From Candidatus Woesearchaeota archaeon (GTDB lineage Archaea; Nanobdellota; Nanobdellia; Pacearchaeales; GW2011-AR1), in assembly GCA_964519415.1 (NCBI GenBank), contig CAZFJM010000001.1, forward strand, positions 34,294 through 86,038: a stretch of DNA of 51,745 nt, read 5' to 3'. The position numbers and the translations under genes were made by a program. Shown here in pieces: positions 17,140 through 25,359 of the stretch; position 1 is the stretch's first letter, and the number at the start of each line of letters is the position of its first letter. The notes under the pieces are model-generated. The model saw only the letters and a program-made list of their open reading frames with translations, did not search any database and was not told the DNA's origin.

Positions 17140-19701
17140 TTAAGGATAATACTGATGAGATTTGTTCTTCTTTCTACTTCTCTCAATCCCTTTTATCCAA
17201 AAATACTCTTCAATTCTCTTACCAAAAAATCTCCAAATAGCGAATGAAATTAATAAAACTATAATAACAGATAAAATTTCCTTCCAATATGAATAACTTA
17301 TATCCTCTATTTTTTCTTCAGTCTTAACTTCATTTGAAACTTCTGTTTTATTAGTTACTGGAACTTCTGCAACTTTAGGAACTATTTCTTGTATGAAAAC
17401 CATCGCCTTAGTTCCATTCATTCCGTCATATCTTGCCTTAACGTCATTAACAGAATCATTATTCAAATCAAATTCATATAAAGTTCCTTTCAGTAAATAA
17501 GCAGTTATAGGATTAGATTGAATTAATACTCTTGCTGTTGTTGAATTAAATCTCTGCATTGTTAATGTATGATTAACAGATCTAACAACAAATCTAATTT
17601 TATCAGTATACCTTAAATTAAAATTATTTCCTGTTGTAGGAAGATATTCATTAGAATAATAAGTTTTTGGATAATAAGTTGAAGAAGTATCTGTTTCTTC
17701 TACAGTCTCAGGAGTAGCATTAACAACGTAAGCTCTTGTATTGCTAGTATTATAATTATGAGTTGATCCATTACCCCAAGAAATCCAAGTATAATTATAA
17801 GTTCCAGTAGTTAAAGTTACAGAAACGTTGTAAACATTTGCAGATAAATTAGTTGCAGTATAATTATTGTTATTAATTGAAAGCAAAACAGTTCCATTTG
17901 TGTTAGCAAGAGTAATATTAAACCAAGCAGTTCCACTTCCAGAAAGAGTCGCATTGTTATCTTGAGGATTTGAAAATTGCGGATAATAAATATCAGAATA
18001 ATTCACAGTATAATTTCTAATAGAAGATACATTATGATTATGAGTTGATCCATTACCCCAGGAATGCCATTTGTAAGAATATGTTCCGTTTGTTGTAAAA
18101 TTATATGAGGCATTGTAAACATTTGCAGATAAATTAGTTGCAGTAATATTAGCTCCGTTTATTTCAAGCAATACCGTACCATTAGTATTCAAAACAGTTA
18201 CATTGAATAAACCTGTTCCAGAATTAGAAAGAGAAGCACTAGTATCATTATAACTTGAAAATTGAGGATATGTTGTATCTTCTTCCGATGTCGGCTGCCA
18301 TTGTAAAATAGGATATTCGTAAGAACCTGTACCCATAACCCAAATATCTGTAAAATCCCAACCAGTAAATGTTGATTGAGTTTGCATTTCAGTAGTATTT
18401 TTTCCATTCGCATCATTACAGCCAGAAGAAGCACTACCAACAAATCCGCACATAACCAATTCTATAGATGTATTAATATCCCAATACGAACCAGAGACTG
18501 TACGATTAGACCAACCAATAAAGCCACCAATATAATCTGTACCCGAAGCAGTTCCTGTTGAATATGAATTAGAAATATCTCCATTGGCGAAACCTACAAA
18601 ACCTCCAGTAAAATTCACTCCAGAAACATTTCCTGTTGCATATGAATCCGAAACTAAACCGAAAACACCCCCAATAAACCCGCCGATATAATTTGTACCA
18701 TTTACATTTCCTGTTGAGTAAGAATTAGAGATATTACCAAATATCTCGCCAATAAAACCACCGATATAATCGTCACCAGAAACATTTCCTGTTGAGTAAG
18801 AATTATAAATTATACCGCTATCATGTGTATAACCGGTAAAACCACCAACAAGGTCTCTTCCAGAAACATTTCCTGTGGAATATGAATAAGAAATATTCCC
18901 ATATGCGCTCCCAGTAAGACCTCCGACGTAATCCTGACCTACACTAGAGATATCTCCGGTTGCATATGAATTAGAAATAGAGGAATTCTCGTCAGCAAAC
19001 CCTACTAATCCACCAATATTAACTGCTCCAATACCTGAAACATCTCCGGTTGCATATGAATTAGAAATAGTTCCCAAACCCCAAACAGTTAAAGGTTCAA
19101 GTGCTCCAACCAAACCACCCAAAGCAGAAGGACTATCTCCATTTGCATTAATAGTTGTCGTTGAATAAGAATTAAAAACACTACCATAAAGATCTCCAAC
19201 AAGGCCACCCACATCATAATTTCCAGTAACACTTCCAGTAGAAAAACAATTGGAAATAGTTTCGAGATCAAATTCGCCCACCAACCCCCCGACATAACTA
19301 CCACCAGTAATATTAATATTTAATAATCCTAAATCTGAAATATTTCCCACAGCAAAACCAAACAACCCAACATAATCAGCAGAATCATTATTGATGTATA
19401 AATTAGAAATTGTTTTATTATTTCCTTGAAAAGTACCTTCAAAACCATTACCAGAATAATCTGCAATAGGCACAAATCCAGCTCCTGTTTGAAACGCTTC
19501 ACATCCAGCAGCAGACATATTAATATTATTACCCAAAGAATAATTTGCAGTTAAATCATTTCTCGTCTCATTTAACTCGGTACAATTAGTAATATTATAA
19601 GGATTCAAAAAACTACCATCACCGCCGCTGAAAGCACTAGTCAAACCAGTTGTAAAAAATAAAACTAATACGAAAACTAATAAACACCACTCTCTTTTCA
19701 T
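17140..19701 (-). CDS. Secreted, C-terminally membrane-anchored GLUG-repeat surface protein
   Basis: 853 aa. Signal peptide LLVFVLVLFFTTGLTSA. About ten repeats of the type SNSY[AS]TG-V-G---[YI][VI]GG[LF][VIT]G (GLUG motif), ending in SGSYWDINTS...FTGWDFTDIW. Two ~95-aa repeated beta domains, a Thr/Glu-rich stalk, TM ILSVIIVLLISFAIWRFF and a basic tail. Many N-x-S/T sequons. Confidence 0.8.
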   Translation of the reverse strand: MKREWCLLVFVLVLFFTTGLTSAFSGGDGSFLNPYNITNCTELNETRNDLTANYSLGNNINMSAAGCEAFQTGAGFVPIADYSGNGFEGTFQGNNKTISNLYINNDSADYVGLFGFAVGNISDLGLLNINITGGSYVGGLVGEFDLETISNCFSTGSVTGNYDVGGLVGDLYGSVFNSYSTTTINANGDSPSALGGLVGALEPLTVWGLGTISNSYATGDVSGIGAVNIGGLVGFADENSSISNSYATGDISSVGQDYVGGLTGSAYGNISYSYSTGNVSGRDLVGGFTGYTHDSGIIYNSYSTGNVSGDDYIGGFIGEIFGNISNSYSTGNVNGTNYIGGFIGGVFGLVSDSYATGNVSGVNFTGGFVGFANGDISNSYSTGTASGTDYIGGFIGWSNRTVSGSYWDINTSIELVMCGFVGSASSGCNDANGKNTTEMQTQSTFTGWDFTDIWVMGTGSYEYPILQWQPTSEEDTTYPQFSSYNDTSASLSNSGTGLFNVTVLNTNGTVLLEINGANITATNLSANVYNASYNFTTNGTYSYKWHSWGNGSTHNHNVSSIRNYTVNYSDIYYPQFSNPQDNNATLSGSGTAWFNITLANTNGTVLLSINNNNYTATNLSANVYNVSVTLTTGTYNYTWISWGNGSTHNYNTSNTRAYVVNATPETVEETDTSSTYYPKTYYSNEYLPTTGNNFNLRYTDKIRFVVRSVNHTLTMQRFNSTTARVLIQSNPITAYLLKGTLYEFDLNNDSVNDVKARYDGMNGTKAMVFIQEIVPKVAEVPVTNKTEVSNEVKTEEKIEDISYSYWKEILSVIIVLLISFAIWRFFGKRIEEYFWIKGIERSRKKNKSHQYYP
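17706..18273 (-). repeat. Tandem duplication of a ~95-aa domain inside the GLUG protein
   Basis: YPQFSSYNDTSASLSNSGTGLFNVTVLNTNGTVLLEINGANITATNLSANVYN...WHSWGNGSTHNHN versus YPQFSNPQDNNATLSGSGTAWFNITLANTNGTVLLSINNNNYTATNLSANVYN...WISWGNGSTHNYN. Coordinates were converted from aa positions and are approximate. Confidence 0.65.
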
Positions 19702-19721
19702 AAAATAATCAAGAATGAACG

Positions 19722-19731
19722 ATTTATAAAT
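19722..19731 (-). promoter_or_regulatory. TATA-like promoter element for the GLUG protein gene (ATTTATAAAT)
   Basis: Lies 21-30 nt upstream of ATG 19701, in the 42-nt gap after the hemerythrin-KaiC stop. Confidence 0.4.
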
Positions 19732-19743
19732 CTTATTTAAAAA

Positions 19744-21222
19744 TTAAACCTCTGAAAAAACTTCTTGTTCTGGATAAACAATTACGCCTTTAGAAGTAAT
19801 TTGCATTGCAACAATCTTTTTCTGATGTGCTGCGCCTCTTAACTTTAAAATCTCAATTGCATTCTCTCTAATATTTCCATGCTTCAAAGAATAAAGAACA
19901 ACAACACCATCTGCAAGGAATTCTTCTACTCCTGTCTGTGAAAATATAGTTGGAACCTGTTCAGTCTCAGTAATCAAAAATGAAGTTGCACCTGTCTTCT
20001 CTAAGAATCTAAATAACTGTTCAATATAAATCCTATAACTATCATCCTTTCCTGTAAAAGCAGAAGCAATAGCAGTTAAAGAATCAATAACTAAAAAATC
20101 GGGCTTAGCATAGTCTTTAGGCAATAAAACAGGATCAACATCAATCAACAACTCGCCTTTTTGCTTAGCCAAAAGAGCATCAACATTTCTAGTAATATCA
20201 AATGGATTCATTCTCATAATCTTTAATTTTCCTTTCTTAATCAATTCACGAGGATTCCAACCGAAACCTTCCATATGCTGAACAAGCTTTTCTTCATTTT
20301 CTTCTAAAGTCATATACAAACACCGATTACCTTCATTAGCTTTATTGACTAACGTTTGTAAACAAAAAATTGTCTTACCACTACCTGCGCCGCCCGCAAC
20401 AATAACAGAGTTCCCAACTGGCAAACCTTGTAACAATAACTCATCAAAACCCTCAACACCCGTAAAAGTATACTTAGTAGGATTTTTCTTAATGTCTAAA
20501 TAAGGAACCTTTGTCAAAGGACTTCTTTGCTCACCAATTAATTTTTCTCTAACTTTATCGGCAATATTTGAAATAGCACTTTCCTTTTTATTCTCTTTTT
20601 TAGGTAAACTGACTAAAGGCAGATCATCACTAACAGAAATCTTTTTCTTTGAAAGTTTTAATTCTGCCCAAATTTCTTTACTATAATCTTTACCTATTAA
20701 TTTTTTACTCTGGGCGTATTGATGGAAACCCTGATCTTCACCCAACATATGTTTTATCAACCAATCAGCCAAATAATTTCTAAGCTCCGTAAGCATTCCA
20801 GAAACATCACCAGTTAAAGTAACTTGGTTTTTTTCTCCATACACTTTTTTAACAAGTCTATTTTTGAAATCAATAAAATAAACAACCAGACTCTGATGAA
20901 CTTTTTGATGTTTTTTAAAACCAGGATATTTTATTTTTCGCATATATGCTTCTTCATATCCAAAATGTTCCGTAACATAAGACTCTAAAAAATGTAAAAC
21001 TTCTCTAATTTTATTTAGATCTTCACCTTCATGAGAAACACTAAGCAATAAATTAACATTCTTTACAAGATTTTGATGTTGCGAATCAATATTCTTTTCT
21101 TCTACAGACATATTCTTAGCCCATTGAATAGGCTTAGACAAATCCATTTTTACCTGGCTACTAGTCAACTTAACCTTCTTACTAGCAGCTTTCTTTGTAA
21201 CTTTTTTTTTCTTAACAACCAT
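19744..21222 (-). CDS. Bacteriohemerythrin domain fused to a single KaiC/RecA-like ATPase domain
   Basis: 492 aa. Lys-rich N-terminal tail. The hemerythrin region has IQWAKNMSVEEKNIDSQHQNLV, LESYVTEHFGYEEAYMRKIKYPGFKKHQKVHQSL and LADWLIKHMLGEDQGF (H, HxxxE, HxxxH, HxxxxD ligand pattern). The KaiC-like domain has FTGVEGFDELLLQGLPVGNSVIVAGGAGSGKT (Walker A), LYMTLEE and DFLVIDSLT (Walker B). Confidence 0.8.
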   Translation of the reverse strand: MVVKKKKVTKKAASKKVKLTSSQVKMDLSKPIQWAKNMSVEEKNIDSQHQNLVKNVNLLLSVSHEGEDLNKIREVLHFLESYVTEHFGYEEAYMRKIKYPGFKKHQKVHQSLVVYFIDFKNRLVKKVYGEKNQVTLTGDVSGMLTELRNYLADWLIKHMLGEDQGFHQYAQSKKLIGKDYSKEIWAELKLSKKKISVSDDLPLVSLPKKENKKESAISNIADKVREKLIGEQRSPLTKVPYLDIKKNPTKYTFTGVEGFDELLLQGLPVGNSVIVAGGAGSGKTIFCLQTLVNKANEGNRCLYMTLEENEEKLVQHMEGFGWNPRELIKKGKLKIMRMNPFDITRNVDALLAKQKGELLIDVDPVLLPKDYAKPDFLVIDSLTAIASAFTGKDDSYRIYIEQLFRFLEKTGATSFLITETEQVPTIFSQTGVEEFLADGVVVLYSLKHGNIRENAIEILKLRGAAHQKKIVAMQITSKGVIVYPEQEVFSEV

Positions 21223-21566
21223 TATTTCCTCTTCTTTACAATATTTTTAATTTTATTTTCTACAACTTCAAAGTTTTCAAAATTCTTAAACATAAAATAC
21301 AAACCAATAAATAAAAAAACACTTATGACTGTAGGTAAAATAATTCTGTCAGTATAAGATAGCCATCCGCCAAGATTACCAATAAGAGAGAACTCTATAA
21401 GTAAAGCTGTTACTCTTCTGAAAGTCATAAGGATTAAAGCAAAAGTCAAAGCAAGCCACCCCTTATTTAGTCTATTGAAAGAAAAAATCTTATAAGAATA
21501 ATAGACTGCAACTGCTTGAACAATAATTTGAAATACTGCAAAAAAAGAAGAAATAGTGAAAATCAT
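21222..21566 (-). CDS. Small 3-TM membrane protein, paralog 3 of 3 (C-terminal NFENFEVVE motif)
   Basis: 114 aa. YYSYKIFSFNRLNKGWLAL after TM1, FKNFENFEVVENK plus a Lys-rich tail. 4-nt overlap upstream and 1-nt overlap with the hemerythrin-KaiC start. Confidence 0.6.
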   Translation of the reverse strand: MIFTISSFFAVFQIIVQAVAVYYSYKIFSFNRLNKGWLALTFALILMTFRRVTALLIEFSLIGNLGGWLSYTDRIILPTVISVFLFIGLYFMFKNFENFEVVENKIKNIVKKRK

Positions 21567-21913
21567 TTTTTAGTTACCTTCCCATTAATTTTACCTTTAA
21601 CTTTTTTTTCTACAACTTCAAAATTTTCAAAATTTCTCAACATAGAACTGAAACCTATAATGAAACAAACACTATTTGCAATTCTCAATAAAGGATCATA
21701 AATATACCACAATGTGAAAAAAGAAGGAAAGAAACCATTACTTTGCAACAAAGAAGAAACTCTTAAAATAACAATAAAAATAAAACCCAATACAATGAAC
21801 AACCACGACTTATCCAACCTATCAAAAGAATAAATTCTATAAACTAAATAAGAAATATATATAGAGAAAATAAAAGTACTTGCCCAAAGAATAGATTCTA
21901 TACTGAAAATCAT
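21563..21913 (-). CDS. Small 3-TM membrane protein, paralog 2 of 3
   Basis: 116 aa. YLVYRIYSFDRLDKSWLF, LRNFENFEVVEKK plus a Lys-rich tail. 4-nt overlaps on both sides. Confidence 0.6.
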   Translation of the reverse strand: MIFSIESILWASTFIFSIYISYLVYRIYSFDRLDKSWLFIVLGFIFIVILRVSSLLQSNGFFPSFFTLWYIYDPLLRIANSVCFIIGFSSMLRNFENFEVVEKKVKGKINGKVTKK

Positions 21914-22245
21914 TTTTTACTTAACCTCTTTTTTATTTTAGATTTTAGATTAAAACTAACAAGCTCAAAATTTTCAAAATTATTTAACATAGACCATAAA
22001 CCAATAAAAATTAGAAGACTTATAAAGAGCATAACAGCTCTATCGAAAACAATATTTAATACATCTCCAGAATAATCATAATATAATTGAACCAATCGTC
22101 TTAATGCCTGTAACAAAAATGCTGCAACTATTGCAAGCCATCCTTTTGAAAGACGATTAAACTTATAAATCTTATAACTTAACCAAGCAGCAGCTAACTG
22201 AAGAACGAATGCAAGACCATCAAGTGCTAAAACAAACCAATTCAT
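21910..22245 (-). CDS. Small 3-TM membrane protein, paralog 1 of 3
   Basis: 111 aa. WLSYKIYKFNRLSKGWLA, LNNFENFELVSFN plus a Lys-rich tail. 4-nt overlaps on both sides. Confidence 0.6.
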   Translation of the reverse strand: MNWFVLALDGLAFVLQLAAAWLSYKIYKFNRLSKGWLAIVAAFLLQALRRLVQLYYDYSGDVLNIVFDRAVMLFISLLIFIGLWSMLNNFENFELVSFNLKSKIKKRLSKK

Positions 22246-22712
22246 TTTTTCTCAATTTTATCCGAAGATTGTTTAATTAAAGACATTAAATTCTCATTCA
22301 CTCCTTCATTCGGAAGAATAAAAATCAAATCTGCACTCCATTCGTGAGATCTAGATAATATAAAAGAAAAAAACTTAATCAAAATACTAGAGTCATTCTT
22401 AATAGCTAAATTAGTGATAGTATCAAAAACAATAGTAGCTTTCCCTTTGAAAGATTGCTGAGCTTGATTAATTGCAATGCTTATAGAAGTCAAGTTTTCT
22501 GCAGGCAAATATACAACATCATTAGAAGTAGAATCAGAAATAGTATCTAAGAAAAGACATTGTTTGCTTTTACAAATCTTATTAGTTTTCTCTTTAACAA
22601 TAGAATACGGTTTAGAAGAAAGAACTGAAATAATATTACCTTTCAAACTACTTATAACTCCGAAGAAGTTCTTATCAAGATTCTCAGATTTAGATAAAAT
22701 TAATTTAATCAT
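22242..22712 (-). CDS. P-loop-less KaiC/RecA-like-fold candidate, paralog C
   Basis: 156 aa. It aligns by eye with the 175- and 173-aa proteins below: FLDTIS~FVDCIS, NLTSISIAINQ~ALTELAIALN, TIVFDTITNL~LVILDSFSGL, FFSFILSRS~FMNSITARF. No GxxxxGK[ST] is present. The block order resembles a KaiC domain without Walker A; the fold assignment is an inference. Confidence 0.45.
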   Translation of the reverse strand: MIKLILSKSENLDKNFFGVISSLKGNIISVLSSKPYSIVKEKTNKICKSKQCLFLDTISDSTSNDVVYLPAENLTSISIAINQAQQSFKGKATIVFDTITNLAIKNDSSILIKFFSFILSRSHEWSADLIFILPNEGVNENLMSLIKQSSDKIEKK

Positions 22713-23527
22713 TGTTTAGTTGTCTCCATTAATTTAGCTTTAACATAAAAACTTAAAATAATTAGAATATATAATAAAACATATAACAAATCAATAGGAT
22801 GTCCTGTGAAATAAGAACCATTTGCACTAATCTCTGCAAAAATAAAATCATATACTAATCGAATAACTATTCCCAAACTTAAAATAATCCATTGCATACC
22901 ATATTTAACACCGCTGTAAAGCAAAGGCCACACCACATAAATAATCAACAATAAAACAATTAAGTCATAAACAATATACATATCTTGCAAGAAATGAGTA
23001 AAATCAAAACTACCCTCTGCTAAGTCCTCACTAACATCATAGTAAATCAAAAAACAACTTAGAAGAATACCAATTGCAAGAGCTACAAAAACCCCGTTCT
23101 CGTTTGATCTAAATCCTATCTTTGCAAAATATACTACTGAGATAATTAGGAAAAAATAACCTATTGCCCAAGATAAGTCTGGAAGAGATCCTAGTGGTAT
23201 TTTTTGACCGAATAAAGTCTCATAAACAAACCAAAGAATATCTCCAAATAAGAAGAAAAGAACGAACAACATAAAAAAGAGAGTAGCTTTTTTCTCTCTA
23301 GGAAAAGTCTCTGGAATCTTCTTATAAATTAACCAACTAGCTACGAAACAAATTAAAGCAAATAAAATTAAAAATAAATTAGAAAAAATATTATGTAAGT
23401 AGATAGAATCATGAAAAAATTTTCCAAAAATAAAAACTGCTTGAGTAATAAAAAGTATAATTGAAATGATAAACAATCTTAAAAAACACTTACTACAAAA
23501 TCCGGGTTTTGCTACTTTTTTCACCAT
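22709..23527 (-). CDS. Polytopic (about 7 TM) membrane protein, possible sensor or scaffold
   Basis: 272 aa, almost entirely hydrophobic helices with short loops. 4-nt overlap with the downstream KaiC-like paralog C. Confidence 0.55.
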   Translation of the reverse strand: MVKKVAKPGFCSKCFLRLFIISIILFITQAVFIFGKFFHDSIYLHNIFSNLFLILFALICFVASWLIYKKIPETFPREKKATLFFMLFVLFFLFGDILWFVYETLFGQKIPLGSLPDLSWAIGYFFLIISVVYFAKIGFRSNENGVFVALAIGILLSCFLIYYDVSEDLAEGSFDFTHFLQDMYIVYDLIVLLLIIYVVWPLLYSGVKYGMQWIILSLGIVIRLVYDFIFAEISANGSYFTGHPIDLLYVLLYILIILSFYVKAKLMETTKQ

Positions 23528-23565
23528 CTCAAATTATATAGACAATTAATCTTTTTAAATCTTTA

Positions 23566-24093
23566 CTAAATAGTAATAGTCTTATCCGAAAATAAAGACA
23601 TATCTGAAATCAATTCTTTTTTAGCTTCTCCAACAACCAAACAAATAGATTTTAAAGAATTCTTACGAAATCTTGCAGTAATACTATTCATAAACCTAAA
23701 AGTTATGAAAGGATCGTTATAATATGTCAAACCTGAAAAGCTGTCTAAAATAACTAATTCTACATCCTTTGGGAGACCATTTAATGCAATTGCCAATTCA
23801 GTTAAAGCTTTGGGAGAGCTAATATAATTACACTGTTTTGAAGGAACCTGTTCCATTGAAGAAGCAGAAATGCAATCAACAAAATAAAATTTTGAAGAGT
23901 CAATATTTTTTTCAACAAATTTTCTAATCCAAAAAGAACAAGGTTTATTTACAGTAACAATACAAATTTTTTTAAAACTTTTTTTTAAATCAGAACAAAT
24001 ATTAAGAACTGTTTCTTCAGGACCATCGCTCTTACAAACCAACACAACACTTTGATTCTCTTTCAAAACTTTCTTCAAATCAACAGATGCCAT
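23566..24093 (-). CDS. P-loop-less KaiC/RecA-like-fold candidate, paralog B
   Basis: 175 aa. CIVTVNKP..., FYFVDCISASS, SKQCNYISSPKALTELAIALN, LVILDSFSGLTYYND, FMNSITARFRK, ICLVV. No Walker A. Its start abuts the stop of the receiver gene with no gap. Confidence 0.5.
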   Translation of the reverse strand: MASVDLKKVLKENQSVVLVCKSDGPEETVLNICSDLKKSFKKICIVTVNKPCSFWIRKFVEKNIDSSKFYFVDCISASSMEQVPSKQCNYISSPKALTELAIALNGLPKDVELVILDSFSGLTYYNDPFITFRFMNSITARFRKNSLKSICLVVGEAKKELISDMSLFSDKTITI

Positions 24094-24462
24094 TTATGCT
24101 AGAAGTTTCTTCAACCTCCGTTTAAAATCGTCAATATCTACGATAGGTTTTTGGAAGTAATCCAAAACTTTTAACTTTTTAATAGCAGTTGTTCCTTCAG
24201 ACCCTAGTTGTATAGCCGTCAAAAAAGCAACAGGAGTATTTTTTAATTTAGAATCTGCTCTTATTTTTTCAAGAACTTCTCTACCAGACATCTGAGGCAT
24301 CATAATATCTAATAAAACCAAATCAAACTTTTCTTTATTTAAAGCCTTAAGAGCATCAAGCCCACCAGATGCAATTTTAGAAGAATATCCCATACCCTCT
24401 ACGAGCATCTTAACAGATGCAGTAATATCTTCCTCATCATCAACAATCAAAATTTTTTTCAT
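24094..24462 (-). CDS. CheY-like response-regulator receiver, stand-alone (paralog 2)
   Basis: MKKILIVDDEEDI..., DLVLLDIMMPQMSGREVLEKIR, ...TAIQ..., K-P. No output domain. The track ORF extends to 24492, but ATG 24462 (MKKILIVDD) parallels the paralog start MVKKVLIVDD and removes the 26-nt overlap. Confidence 0.85.
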   Translation of the reverse strand: MKKILIVDDEEDITASVKMLVEGMGYSSKIASGGLDALKALNKEKFDLVLLDIMMPQMSGREVLEKIRADSKLKNTPVAFLTAIQLGSEGTTAIKKLKVLDYFQKPIVDIDDFKRRLKKLLA

Positions 24463-24466
24463 AGTA

Positions 24467-24988
24467 CTAAATAATTTCAACTTTGTCAGCAAACAAAGCC
24501 AAATCCTCCATAATTTGCTTATCAGTATCGTGAAACAATAAATAAACTGCTCTAGTTTTTGTACTTCTTATCTTAGACATTAAACTATTCAATAATTGTA
24601 ATGTAGAAACAACATCATTAAAAGACAATAAACCAGTGATATTATCGAAAACAACCAAATCAAACTTTGGAAGATGATCATCAATAGCTATAGCCAAATC
24701 AACAAGAGATTTTGGAGAAGATAAATATAAACACTGCTTAGAAGATTTCTCAGCCATCAATAAACTAGAAGAAATACAATCAATAAAATACCATTTTGAG
24801 AAATCAACACCTTCGCCTTTCAATCTATCGGCTAGAACAGAATAAGATTTGTTTACTGTAACATATAAAACTCTTGTTTTTTTCGGAATTGACTTAAGAA
24901 AATCAAAAGTAAATTCTACCGGATTGGTATCTCTACATAAAAATACGGTATTTTTATTTTTCTTTATATAAGAATTAACGTCTATCAT
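24467..24988 (-). CDS. P-loop-less KaiC/RecA-like-fold candidate, paralog A
   Basis: 173 aa. VLYVTVNKS, WYFIDCISSS, SKQCLYLSSPKSLVDLAIAID, LVVFDNITGLLSFND, LLNSLMSKIR, VYLLF. No Walker A. 1-nt overlap with the upstream receiver gene. Confidence 0.5.
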   Translation of the reverse strand: MIDVNSYIKKNKNTVFLCRDTNPVEFTFDFLKSIPKKTRVLYVTVNKSYSVLADRLKGEGVDFSKWYFIDCISSSLLMAEKSSKQCLYLSSPKSLVDLAIAIDDHLPKFDLVVFDNITGLLSFNDVVSTLQLLNSLMSKIRSTKTRAVYLLFHDTDKQIMEDLALFADKVEII

Positions 24989-25359
24989 TAGGAAAGTATC
25001 CTCTTAATTTTTGTTTTAAATTCGTTCAAGTCGGTAATTGGTTTTTGAAAATATTCAACAGGTTTTAATTTTTTTACAGAATCTTTACCTTCTTCACTTA
25101 ATTGAACAACAGATAAAAATGCAACCTTTTGTTTCTTCATCTTTGAATCTGCTCTTATTTTTTCAAGAACTTCCCTACCAGACATCTGAGGCATTAAAAT
25201 ATCTAATAAAACCAAATCAAACTTTTCTTTTTTAAGTATATCTAATGCTGCTACGCCGTTATTAACTACTTTAGAACTAAACCCCATTCCATCTATTAGC
25301 ATTTTTACAGAAGAAGCAATATCTGCTTCATCATCAACAATCAGTACTTTCTTCACCAT
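24988..25359 (-). CDS. CheY-like response-regulator receiver, stand-alone (paralog 1)
   Basis: 123 aa. MVKKVLIVDDEADI, DLVLLDILMPQMSGREVLEKIRADSK, conserved K-P near the C-terminus. GAGGAA Shine-Dalgarno-like sequence just upstream. Confidence 0.85.
   Translation of the reverse strand: MVKKVLIVDDEADIASSVKMLIDGMGFSSKVVNNGVAALDILKKEKFDLVLLDILMPQMSGREVLEKIRADSKMKKQKVAFLSVVQLSEEGKDSVKKLKPVEYFQKPITDLNEFKTKIKRILS

Noticed and set aside
21073-21701. Two plus-strand ORFs (21073..21357, 21516..21701) that share the peptide STTSKFSKFLNI, which at first looks like a conserved small protein family
   Set aside because: The shared peptide is just the antisense reading of the conserved NFENFEVVE-coding DNA of the minus-strand mini-membrane genes. 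The minus-strand genes have TM helices, chained 4-nt overlaps and three-way paralogy.
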